Shown here: positions 39,367-49,800 of the stretch, in pieces
Layout of the letters: the number at the start of each line of letters is the position of its first letter
Position numbering within the stretch: the stretch's first letter is position 1
Source of the DNA: Dehalococcoidia bacterium
Lineage (GTDB): Bacteria > Chloroflexota > Dehalococcoidia > Plut-88900
Length of the DNA: 64,000 nucleotides
Direction of reading: 5' to 3'
Assembly (NCBI GenBank): GCA_965207225.1
Contig: CBDBLV010000001.1
Coordinates: 96,001 to 160,000 of the forward strand
The notes under the pieces: generated by a model
Database searches by the model: none
Told to the model about the DNA's origin: nothing
What the model saw: the letters and a program-made list of their open reading frames with translations, nothing else
Translations under genes and position numbers: made by a program

Positions 39367-40992
39367 ATGCCCGGCATAGCCTTTCTCGGCGGCAAAATCT
39401 TCACCTCAGACCCCAAAAACTCCGTAGTCACCGGCGTCTACGCCAGCGAGGGCCGCATACGCCGCATCGGCCCCGCCGAGGAGGTCCGCAAGCACCTCCC
39501 CCCCGACACCCGCGTCGTCAACATAGAAGGCCAGACCCTCCTCCCCGGCCTCATGGACGCCCACAACCACCTCGTCTACGCCGGCATGGCCATGGAGCAG
39601 CTAGACGCCCGCTACCCCGTCGTCGGCTCCGTCCAGGAGCTAGCATCCGGCATCGCCAACGCCGCCGAAGAGACCCCCGAGGGCGAGTGGATTCGCGGCT
39701 GGGGCATGGACTACGCCAAGTACCCCGGCGCTCAAATGCCCACCCGCTGGGAGATCGACGACGTCAGCAGCAAGCACCCCGTCGTCATCGTCCACACCTC
39801 CGGCCACTTCGCCCTCGTCAACTCCATCGCCCTGGAGCAGGCGGGCCTCGACGACTACGTCCAGGACCCCAAGGGCGGCCGCTTCGTGCGAGACGAAAAG
39901 GGCCGGCTCACCGGCATGCTCCTCGACTCCGCCCAGCGACTCGTTATGAAAGGCTCCGTCGATGTCGGCAACCACGGCCCCGACCCCGGACAGGACATCC
40001 CCGTCGAGAAGCTCGTCGAGACCATCGACTTCACCTGCAAGGCCTACCACAGGGAGGGCCTCACCTCCATCGTCGACGCCCAGGTCACCGCCCGCGAGAT
40101 GCCCGGCTACGTCGAGGCCCGCAACCGCGGCATCCTCACCGTCAAGACCCACTGCATGTACCTGTCCAACCATTTGAAGGACGTCAAGGGACTCGGGGTC
40201 CTGGGTTTCATGGGCGACAAGCACCTCTCCGGCGGCAGCATCAAGTGCTACTCGGACGGCTCCCTCATCGGCTGCACCGCCGCCTTCAAGAGCCCCTACA
40301 TCAATCCCCCCGACTCCTACGGCTACACCTACTGGGACCGCGACGAGCTGAAAGACCTCCTCGAAGAGGCCCACACCCTCGGCCTCCACACCGGCACCCA
40401 CGGCCAGGGCGACATGGCCATGGACCAGATAGTCGGGGCCTGGGAGCAGATCCTAAAAGAGCACCCGAGGGAAGACCACCGGCACCGCATCGAGCACTGC
40501 GGCTACCCCGTCGAGTACCTGGAGCGGATGTCGACGATCGGCATCCTCGCCATCTCCCAGCCCTCCTACCTCTACTACAACGGCGACGGCTTCCTGGCCA
40601 ACCTCAGCCCCGCCCGCGCCCGCAAGCTCATACCCCTCAAATCGGAGCTCGACCTCGGCATTCCCATAGTCCTCAGCACCGACTCCCCCGTCGTCACATA
40701 CCGGCCCCTCGACAACATCTCTGCCGCCGTGTCTCGGGTCTCCCTGGAGGGCCAGGACATGGGCAAGGACGAGCGCATCAGCGTCGAGGATGCCATCCGG
40801 GGCTACACCATCAACGCCGCCTACAGCGCCTTCCAGGAAAATGAAAAAGGCTCCATAGAGGTCGGCAAAGCCGCCGACTTCACCCTCATCGACGGCGACA
40901 TCCTAAACACCCCCGGCGAAAAAATCCGAGACCTCTCCGTAGCCATGACCATCGTAGACGGCGAAGTCCTCTACGACTCCTCTGCCCCTTAA
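39367..40992 (+). CDS. Amidohydrolase family 3 (YtcJ-like) protein
   Basis: LPGLMDAHNH, IKCYSDGSL, HGQGD, RHRIEHC, STDSP and GSIEVGKAADF motifs. Confidence 0.92.
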   Translation: MPGIAFLGGKIFTSDPKNSVVTGVYASEGRIRRIGPAEEVRKHLPPDTRVVNIEGQTLLPGLMDAHNHLVYAGMAMEQLDARYPVVGSVQELASGIANAAEETPEGEWIRGWGMDYAKYPGAQMPTRWEIDDVSSKHPVVIVHTSGHFALVNSIALEQAGLDDYVQDPKGGRFVRDEKGRLTGMLLDSAQRLVMKGSVDVGNHGPDPGQDIPVEKLVETIDFTCKAYHREGLTSIVDAQVTAREMPGYVEARNRGILTVKTHCMYLSNHLKDVKGLGVLGFMGDKHLSGGSIKCYSDGSLIGCTAAFKSPYINPPDSYGYTYWDRDELKDLLEEAHTLGLHTGTHGQGDMAMDQIVGAWEQILKEHPREDHRHRIEHCGYPVEYLERMSTIGILAISQPSYLYYNGDGFLANLSPARARKLIPLKSELDLGIPIVLSTDSPVVTYRPLDNISAAVSRVSLEGQDMGKDERISVEDAIRGYTINAAYSAFQENEKGSIEVGKAADFTLIDGDILNTPGEKIRDLSVAMTIVDGEVLYDSSAP

Positions 40993-41008
40993 CATTCTTT
41001 CTCCCCCC

Positions 41009-41126
41009 AGTACCAAACTAGAGGCAAGCACCTGCGCCTTGGCGCAGGTGCTTGCCTCTGTTTTATTCTCCCCCTCTCCCTTGAAGGTCCTAAGGGAGAG
41101 GGGGACCAAGGGGGTGAGGGTTCCCT
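41009..41126. repeat. Composite REP-like element, copy C
   Basis: Near-identical to 29912-30028, with compensatory changes in the hairpin. Confidence 0.85.
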
Positions 41127-41493
41127 GGCTGGGTGGGGCGGCAGGGTGCGCTCTCAACTGCGTTACAACATTCGCAGTACTCAATAGGCACCAAAGGCTC
41201 CGGCACTCTTGGTCTGTGGACTTGCAGCCACCCCCTTCCAAGTGAGTAGGATATACCAGCATGCAGGGCCGGCCGCGCAGAGCAGACAACCATGGGGTCG
41301 TCGGACTGTTCGCCCCGGTGTGCTATTGACGCATATGCCGGTCCAGAGTTCTCCAGAGTTCTTTTCAAGCGTTGGACGGTGTAGTAGAATTGTGACTCGT
41401 GGAAGAATACCTTGTTGGAGGAGCCGAAGAGTGGTTACGCCGGTCCGGCTGGCCGGAGTTGGCGCAGGCTCTGGGCCGACTGTCAGGTGAGAT

Positions 41494-42273
41494 ATGACGA
41501 CGCCAGACACATTTGCCAGGACGCCGCAGGTTCGGGAGACTTTCGTGTTTCCGGACCCGCCGGAAGACCCGGAAGACAAGATGACCAGCTTTGACCATCT
41601 GACGATCACGGGAAGCGCGCACTACCTGGCGATACACTTGGGCAACCGGGAGACGACGCTGGTGGCTGGGGAGCACTACCTGGCCTTGGCACCCACCCGG
41701 AGCCTGGCTGGTGTGAGGTACCCCGACCTGCTGGTGGCCTTCGGGGTGGACCCGGAGGCGTACCGCAGGAGCAACGCCTACGTGATCTCGGAGCAGGGGA
41801 AGGCGCCGGACTTCGTGCTGGAGGTGGCGTCGAGGAGCACGGGCCGGGTGGACGTGGGGGAGAAGCGCGATGACTACGCCCGGTTGGGGATCACTGAGTA
41901 CTGGCGTTTCGACGAGACGGGAGAGTATCACGGGGCGAGGTTGGCCGGTGACCGTCTGGTGGAGGGCCGGTACGAACCCATACCGATAGAGACCGTGTCC
42001 GATGGAGTCCTCCAGGGATACAGCCCTGCGCTGAACCTGTACCTGAGGTGGGAGGGTGGAGCTTTGGTGTTCCACGACCCTGCGACGGGTCGTCCCATCG
42101 CCAGCCTTGAAGACGAGCGTCAGGCGCGAGCGGAGGCGGAAGCTCATGCAGAGGCGCAGCAAGTCCGCGCCGACACAGAGCAAGTCCGCGCCGACACAGA
42201 GCAGGCCCGCGCCGAGGCAGCCGAAGCCCGTGTCCAGGAGTTGGAGGAGCGGCTTCGGGGCCAGGGAGCGTAA
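41494..42273 (+). CDS. Uma2 (DUF820) family PD-(D/E)xK endonuclease-like protein with coiled-coil tail
   Basis: YPDLLVAF, PDFVLEVAS.ST, K...YA.LGI.EYW.FD; QVRADTE repeats at the C-terminus. Confidence 0.92.
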   Translation: MTTPDTFARTPQVRETFVFPDPPEDPEDKMTSFDHLTITGSAHYLAIHLGNRETTLVAGEHYLALAPTRSLAGVRYPDLLVAFGVDPEAYRRSNAYVISEQGKAPDFVLEVASRSTGRVDVGEKRDDYARLGITEYWRFDETGEYHGARLAGDRLVEGRYEPIPIETVSDGVLQGYSPALNLYLRWEGGALVFHDPATGRPIASLEDERQARAEAEAHAEAQQVRADTEQVRADTEQARAEAAEARVQELEERLRGQGA

Positions 42274-42999
42274 ACCTTTGGCGCGCCCGCGCCCGCGTCT
42301 TCCTCTAATAGACCCTGCGACCCAGTCCGGCCGCAGCCCCGAACCCGAGAAAACGATCCTATTGACAACGGCATAGAAGATAGATTATGGTCTTGTCGCG
42401 TAAGGATATTTAGTATCAATACTGTATCAGTAACGAGGATGTCTTGTTGCAGTTTGGAATTCTTGGCAGCGTGGGGAAAATCCTGTAGAATCGGGGCCGC
42501 AGGCAGATTCCGCCTTCGCCTTTTTTGTTGGCCAATAATGAGACTATGTATCAACACAGGCATGGGTATGCAAGTCAATAACGACGTTGCGTTGGCTGAC
42601 GCTAGGTCCTGTCCCGGCAACCACCGGAATCGTGAAACAATCCCTGTGCCAACCGGCGCCGCGCCAGCAGGCGGAGTAAAGTGCCGTCGGGTCCAATTCC
42701 GCCTGGGCTCCAGAATCGGGCAGCAAGCCCCCCCCCCCGACTCTATCCTCGGGCAAACCCGCATCGGGTAGCTTTTCTCTACTGCCCGCCGGCTTTTCGC
42801 GTTTGACAGCCGATGCCTGTCGCGGCGTTCCTTTCCGTCAGGAGGTTCCCCTCCGCTGGTGAAAGCGGCCTGGCAACACGAAACGTTCTCGCCAGAGGGG
42901 AGTACCAATGCAGGAAACCCAGACACGCCCTGAGCGCCAGGCAATGAACAGCGAACCAACCAAATTGAGAATTCGAAAGCAAGGAAGCAAGGAGAATCA

Positions 43000-44634
43000 A
43001 TGAACACCTTTACTAACGCGTCAATGCCCCTAAGACTTTTCGGCGTCGTCTTGGCGCTGGCCCTAGTAGCGGTGGCCGCCCTGTTGGTCACCCCCACCTC
43101 GGCGCAAAGCCCGGACAACACCTACGACGACCCGCAGCCTTGTGGGTTCGGCCAAGGCGCATCCACTGCATTCCAGGCCGAACCGCACGAGAAGACCACC
43201 GGCCACTACGCACTCTTTGACGCCTACTGGGAGGATACGGGGCCGGATCAGGCGCAGACCCCAGGGCTGGACCCTGACCAAACCCCTGACAACACCGGTC
43301 TCCTGCACACCAACGAGTGCCCGCCGCTGTTGACCACCGAAACGCAAGACCTCCAAACCGTAACCACCCTGACCGACTCCGGCGTCGACATCGACGAGCT
43401 CATCATCCACGTGGAGGACTCGCGCAGGGTGACCGTGGTGGAAGGCGACCCGGATGATCGCAGCACTCACCATTTGCGTTTGGACCAGTACGAAGAGGTT
43501 AGGCACTACGTAAATGTCGGCCAACAGGTCTGGTGGCTGCGGCTGGACGACCCGGACCTCAGCGGGAACCAGAAATCCGACCTCACCCTCGGATTCTCGA
43601 CGCACCGATTCGACAAGAAGTACTGGACCAAGGTTAGCTACGAGTTCAGGCTCTTGCGCAACCCCGGCATTGCCCCGAGCGAGCATCCCCACCTCCTCGC
43701 CTACCGGGCGCGCCAGTCGGGTGTGCCCGGCGCGACCAAGGTCTGGGACAGCGCTGAGGCAGGCATCGCATCCATGGAGATGGCGCCCGGCGAACTCATC
43801 AATGACCTACAGTGGGTCTTCACCAAGCCCGGGACCTACGAAATATCTGCTCAACCCGTGGGGTACGTGCGCAACAAAAACCCTCACGCTGAAGGCGATG
43901 AGGAGTACGACGCGAACTGGAAGGCGATCAGTGCAAACGTCACCGAGGCCGGCGAGGTGAAGAAGTACGTCATCCACGTGGGGCCTCTCGTCGAGGTGGA
44001 ACCGCCTCTGTTGGGCGTCAGCCGCAGCGTGCCGGAAAACTCCCCGGCCGGAACCAACGTCGGCGACCCGTTCCTGGTCTACTCGGAAGCGAGTGATCTG
44101 GGGTACAGCCTCTCCGGCGTCGGCCACGAAAACTTCGTAGCAACGGCCACGACCGACGCGGACCCCTACGGCGTCCAAATCAAGGTGGCCGAGGGGGCCA
44201 GCCTGGACTACGAGACCAAGGCCACCTATGACCTCACCTTGGGAGTGACAAACAAGATCGACCACGAGAGCAATCCCGACCCCACCGTAGACGACACCCT
44301 GGTGGTGCGGATCAGTTTGGACGATGTCGCCCCCACCGTGAGCCTTGCAGTCGATAATGCCAGCCCGGCGGTGGGTGACACGGTGACCTTTAGGGCGGTG
44401 TTCCAACACTTCGAAGAAGTAGGAGAGTATCTGTATGATTTCGACAGTCTGTCGAATTCCGATACCCTCACTGGGCGGGTTACCACCAACAACGCCATTG
44501 TGTACACCACCACCCGAAATAGCGCCCTAACGGAAACTTTCACCTTCAGTGCCACTTACGACGTTGATGATGATGGCTCGAACCGACGTGTCATTCACGC
44601 CGAGAATGTCACCGTCACCTGGGGCAACCCGTAG
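43000..44634 (+). CDS. Secreted surface protein with TIGR03769-like domain, cadherin-like domain and C-terminal Ig-like region
   Basis: Signal peptide; QWVFTKPGTY; RSVPENSPAGTNVG...LDYETKATY cadherin signature. Confidence 0.8.
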   Translation: MNTFTNASMPLRLFGVVLALALVAVAALLVTPTSAQSPDNTYDDPQPCGFGQGASTAFQAEPHEKTTGHYALFDAYWEDTGPDQAQTPGLDPDQTPDNTGLLHTNECPPLLTTETQDLQTVTTLTDSGVDIDELIIHVEDSRRVTVVEGDPDDRSTHHLRLDQYEEVRHYVNVGQQVWWLRLDDPDLSGNQKSDLTLGFSTHRFDKKYWTKVSYEFRLLRNPGIAPSEHPHLLAYRARQSGVPGATKVWDSAEAGIASMEMAPGELINDLQWVFTKPGTYEISAQPVGYVRNKNPHAEGDEEYDANWKAISANVTEAGEVKKYVIHVGPLVEVEPPLLGVSRSVPENSPAGTNVGDPFLVYSEASDLGYSLSGVGHENFVATATTDADPYGVQIKVAEGASLDYETKATYDLTLGVTNKIDHESNPDPTVDDTLVVRISLDDVAPTVSLAVDNASPAVGDTVTFRAVFQHFEEVGEYLYDFDSLSNSDTLTGRVTTNNAIVYTTTRNSALTETFTFSATYDVDDDGSNRRVIHAENVTVTWGNP

Positions 44635-44938
44635 TATCGGATGGCGGTTGCTGTGGCCCTTAGGCTTGTAACGCTGTGCCTGTTTGCAGCGCTGGTCGCG
44701 ATGGCGACCAGTGCTGCCGAGCCCGCTTTTGCTGCCCCCTCGCCCCCGGCGAGCCGAATCTCCCTGGACAGTCTGCCGAAGCCAAGAGGAGCCTCAAACG
44801 TCTGGTGGGAGCTCTTCGTGCGCAACGATCCAGTCCCCGGTCACCCACCGGCGGCGGCTTATGATGTAGTCGTTCGCATTACCGCCACGGCCAATGGTCA
44901 GGAGTACAAGCAGCACACAACTGTTAGCAACCCTTCAG

Positions 44939-46826
44939 CCCAAATCCACCGCCTAATTGAATGAGAATACCTCGTTGGAGTCGGCTGCAAAGCTGACTAA
45001 GATGGTAAGTGACAATCCCAAACCATCACCAACGAGGTGCAGTTATTATGCAACATGGAGTCCTACCGTTCCAGTACAGGGCAGAGAACCGCATCGGGGG
45101 CATGACGGCGCTATCGGGGTTGGCAGTCTACCTGGAGATGGCCGAGGCAATCGGCCTTGGCGAGTCGATCAGACGCCACGTGAGGGTCAGAGAGGGAGGC
45201 CAGGGTTGGACGGACCGTCAGATGGTCACCTCACTGACGCTGTTGAACCTGGCGGGCGGCGAAGGGGTGGACGACCTTCGCGTGCTGGAGGCGGACGAGG
45301 GCCTTGGCCGGATGTTGGGAAGGGTGGAGACCCACCGGCAGCGAGCTTCGGAGCGCAGGGCGGTGCGCAACCGGTGGCGGCGTGACCGACACCGCTATGT
45401 GCCGTCTCCATCGGCGGTGTTCCGGTATCTGAGCCAGTTCCACGACGCATCCCAGGAGGAGGCGAGGCAGCCTCATACGGCGTTCATACCCCAGGCCAAC
45501 GACGCGCTGGACGGACTTGGGAAGGTCAACGCCGAGATGGTGGGCTTTGTCCAGGGCCACGTCGGGCATAGGCAGGCGACACTGGATATGGACGCGACGC
45601 TGGTCGAGACTCACAAGCAGGAGGCGCTCTACTGCTACAAGGGATTCAAAGCCTATCAGCCGCTAACGACATACTGGGCCGAGGCGGACCTGGTCGTCCA
45701 CTCGGAGTTCAGAGACGGCAACGTTCCTGCGGGATTTGAGCAGCTACGAGTGTTGCGAGACGCGTTGGAGTGCGTACCCGAGGGAGTGGAGCGGGTGATG
45801 CTGCGGTCCGACACGGCAGGCTACCAGAACGATCTTCTGGAGTACTGCGCCGAGGGGAGAGACGAACGGTTCGGAGTGATCGAGTTCGCGATTGGGGTAC
45901 GCGTCACGGACGAGTTCAAGCATGAGGCGGCGCTGGTGGAAGAGAGCGAGTGGCGTCAGTTGCCCCGGATGATGGGGGAGTTCGAGGTGGAGACGGGGCA
46001 GGAGTGGGCCGAGGTGGGCTTCATGTCCAGTCGATTAGGTCGCTACAAGGAGGGTCCCGCCTACCGTTTCATAGCCGTCAGAGAACCTCTGAGGCGACCG
46101 CCGCTACCGGGCATGGAGAGTGAGTTTGAGCTGTCGGTTCCGGTCATGCAGATGCCGAACCACGGCTGGTACAAGATCAGCGGGATAGTGACGAACCGGG
46201 AGCTTCCGGGAGACGAGGTTGTGCGGTGGTACCGTGAGAGATGCGGGAAAGGCGAGGAGGTCCATAGTGTGCTGAAGGAGGACCTGGCGGGCGGGAGACT
46301 GCCGTCGGGACAGTTCGGAGCCAACGCAGCGTGGTGGGCGATAACGGTGCTGGCGTTCAACCTGAACTCGGCGGTCAAGCAGTTGGCGCTGGGTGATGAG
46401 TGGGTGACCAAGCGGCTCAAGGCGGTGCGCTTCGCTCTGATCGACCTTGCCGGTCGAGTGGTCTACCATGCCAGGAAGCTGCTGATCCGACTGGCGCGAG
46501 GTCATCCATCGTTCCCGCTGCTGGTCGGGGCACACCGGAGAATAGCGGCGCTGGCTCACGGCCCTCCCTGAATCTGAGACGGTCCGCGCCACAGCCTATC
46601 GGTCAAGCGACGTGGATAACCGTCGTAGGGACGCTGCGTCCTCCTACGAGGCCAAACGGCTCAAAATCGACGCAAAACATCGTAAAGCAGCACCCCAAGA
46701 CCCTCATACGTCCACCATCGGCCCCGCCAAACCACTGCTAACCCTGTCAGTAGCCAATCGACGCCCCCACCGGCCCAACCGAAAGGTCAGAAAATCAGAT
46801 TCCTACCTTTAGGCGGTGGATTTGGG
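44939..46826 (+). mobile_element. IS1380-family insertion sequence (1888 bp)
   Basis: Perfect 18-bp terminal IRs CCCAAATCCACCGCCTAA (44939-44956) and TTAGGCGGTGGATTTGGG (46809-46826); 5-bp TSD TTCAG (44934-44938, 46827-46831). Confidence 0.93.
45048..46571 (+). CDS. IS1380-family DDE transposase
   Basis: TLDMDAT, YQPL, FRDGN, LRSDTAG, Y..R...E.....LK and FGANAAW motifs. Confidence 0.9.
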   Translation: MQHGVLPFQYRAENRIGGMTALSGLAVYLEMAEAIGLGESIRRHVRVREGGQGWTDRQMVTSLTLLNLAGGEGVDDLRVLEADEGLGRMLGRVETHRQRASERRAVRNRWRRDRHRYVPSPSAVFRYLSQFHDASQEEARQPHTAFIPQANDALDGLGKVNAEMVGFVQGHVGHRQATLDMDATLVETHKQEALYCYKGFKAYQPLTTYWAEADLVVHSEFRDGNVPAGFEQLRVLRDALECVPEGVERVMLRSDTAGYQNDLLEYCAEGRDERFGVIEFAIGVRVTDEFKHEAALVEESEWRQLPRMMGEFEVETGQEWAEVGFMSSRLGRYKEGPAYRFIAVREPLRRPPLPGMESEFELSVPVMQMPNHGWYKISGIVTNRELPGDEVVRWYRERCGKGEEVHSVLKEDLAGGRLPSGQFGANAAWWAITVLAFNLNSAVKQLALGDEWVTKRLKAVRFALIDLAGRVVYHARKLLIRLARGHPSFPLLVGAHRRIAALAHGPP

Positions 46827-49800
46827 TTCAGCCGGGTACATTGACAGGGACGCTGGAGAGTGGGTCATCCCCTTTATACCGCCGGGGGGCACCGCTGACG
46901 TGATCATTCAGCCCGCAGCATTCTTTCCTCGATTCAATCAGGATACACCAGTCCGCCTGCACGCTGAATTGGTTTCACATCGTTACCTCGCCAGCGAAGC
47001 AGGCAGCCAAGGGAGTATTGAAACCGAGGATTGGTACATTAGGGCTGCGAATGCTTATCTTTTTGCATGGCCAGGTGCAGAAGTAGGCGTAAGAGTTCGC
47101 AGCCTTAACAACAGGGTTCCAGCGTTAGGTACGCAGACGCAGACCACGTTTGATGTTCGTGCGATTAATGTACCCTACAATGACCCAGACCCAAGAGTTC
47201 TAATAGTACCAAGCAAGCAGATTGGCAAAGTATGGGATGTGAAGATCAAGATCGATCTTTCGCCGGGGTTGTCTTTAGCTCCCGGATGGACTGCGCCGAC
47301 CGGCACATCCTTTGACGCCGAAAGCGGTATCTGGAATGTGGGGTTAATTAGTGGCGCAAATACCGGTACGACAATGTCTTTGCCGGTACTCCTCGCCGCG
47401 GATAACGTTCCCTTGGAGCAGCGGTGCCTGACGGCGACGGTGGTGAGCTCCACACCCGACTTCGAGCTGGACCCGGGGGTGCTGGTGAACGACTTCTCCA
47501 CCAAGTGCCTGGGCGAAGATCCGATATTGAACGAGGGCGATATTGCTGTTTTCAAGTACGTTTCCTGCGTTGGCCGCACATCTTACCCCTGCACCAGCGA
47601 TGACACACTGGAATTGGTGGCAAAGCATGAAGCGGCATTCTGGCAGCCTGAAGATGTCATTGTCCAAGTCAGGGACGTCCAGGGAAGGGTTGAGGCGGGA
47701 TGGAGCACCGGCAAGACGGCAAGGCACCTTGCTTCTGTTCCTTCGATCCCTGGTGTTGGTGTCATCTTCGAAGTCATTGATAGCGGGTACAACGCATACA
47801 CTTTTGCAATTAGCGACGTGGTGCCAAAACAACGGCCCGGCAAATTTACAGTTGTGGCCGGCAACGAAGGAAACATTACCATCTTGGACGCCGACACAAT
47901 GCTGTCCGCGGGACCGTACAACCTTAATGAACCAATTCCCGCATTAGTAGTTTTCGGCACTTTGGGCACATATAAGGTAAAGATAACCGTTGGGGCTACC
48001 AAGTCGGGGACGGCGTACACCGACAGCGGCGTCTACACCTTCCACGTGGGGCCGATAGCGGAGCTTGCGGTGCGGGACGGCGGTCGCAGCCCACTGGCGG
48101 CGCCGGACCAGCAAGCCTACACCATCCTCGCGGCCAACAACGGACCAGACGCGGCTGGGGCCGTGCGGGTAACCCTCACAGGCGTACCCCAGGGCGCGGA
48201 GGCCATCGTCAGTGGCAGCACCAAGCGCGTGGACGACGAAGACGTCAGCGGCAGCGATGGAAGGTACGCGCAGGGCGACTGCGTAGACGGATTCTGCGAA
48301 GCCACCTGGACCATCGGAAAGATGTCCGTTTCCTCTGGCAGGACCTCCATCGGCAAGATGCCCTTCCCCACGCTGACCCTGATCGCCCCGGACGGCGCGT
48401 CCACGTCGGGCATTGAGGCCAGCATCGAAAGCACCGAGCCCTACTCGGTTACCATCGACGGCACGGTCCACTCCACCGCCTACTTCGACTACATCGATGA
48501 GAACAACAGCGCTCACATCGCTGCCCGGGCCGGAGCCGGCGGGCCAGTGCCGGGAACGCCACAGGACCTGCAAGCGCAGTTCTACACCGTTCCATTCACG
48601 ACCGCCCTCGTGTGGTGGACCGAGCTTGAGTCGGTGAACGGCTTCCCTGTGTCCCGCTACGAGGTGTTCACGGAGCGGCCGAATGGTGGAGCCTGCCAGG
48701 CGCCGAGTACGGACCAAGCGGGAGAGCGGCTCACGGGAACGACGTACGCGGACCGCCGTGCGAAGGAGGGCGAGCTCACGTGCTACTACGTGCGGGCAGT
48801 GAATACTCATAAAGTTCCCGGCTACTGGGCGGGGCCGGTGATGGCGACCGGCGACAGCCCGGACCAGCCGCGGCTGTCGGTGCAGGGAGGCGATCCAGTC
48901 GACGAGGGCGACGCCGCCCAATTCACGGTCAGCGCCTCCCCGGCCCCCGCCGCCGGAGACAGTCTCACCTTTGGCTACACGGTGATCCAGCGTGGCGACT
49001 ACGTAGCCGACAGAGAGTTGGGCCAGAAGCATGCAACCATAGGCAACAGCGGCCGCGCCACCATAACCGTCCTCACCGTGGGGAACGATACCGACGACGC
49101 CGACGGGGAGATATTCGTCACCCTGAACAACGGCGAGGGCTACACGGCGTCTTCGGCCCGGTCGGCCAGCGTCGTGGTGAGGGACGACGACAATCCCTCG
49201 GTGTCCTTCGCCGACGACCCGGCCACCGTGAGCGAGGGAGATGGCACTTACGACGTGGTGGTCAACCTGGTTCCGGCGCCCCATGCCGCCACCAGCATCA
49301 AATACCAGATCGGGGGCGTCGCCGAGGCCGGCGAGGATTTCACGATCGGCGGCCTGAGCAACGGCTTTGGGTCGGTCTGGGTCGGGCCCGGGCAAAGCAG
49401 CGTTCCCATCCGGGTGCGGCTGAGCGACGACGGCACGAGCGAGGATGATGAGTGGGTGGACATCTACCTGCGCGCGGGAGAGAACTACGACGTGGGAACT
49501 CCGTCCCGCTACACGCTGACCATCACCGACAACGACGGCCCCGGGGCGCAGTTCGCCCGGGCCGATAGCGAGGTTGGCGAGTCCGACGGGAGCGTGGGCG
49601 TCACCGTCAACCTGGTCCCGGCGCCCACCGAGGACGTGACCATCAACTACACCCTTGGCGGCGGCACGGCCACGCGGGGCACTGACTACAGCATCGAAGG
49701 CTTAACCGGCTCTTCCGGGTCGGTGACGGTCTCCGCCGGGATCAACAGCGTCGGCATCCCGGTAACCATCAACCCCGACGGCGACTCCGAGCCCGACGAG

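Noticed and set aside
42144-43121. 325-aa minus-strand ORF
   Set aside because: It overlaps Uma2 and the adhesin on the opposite strand, has no recognisable motifs and atypical composition.
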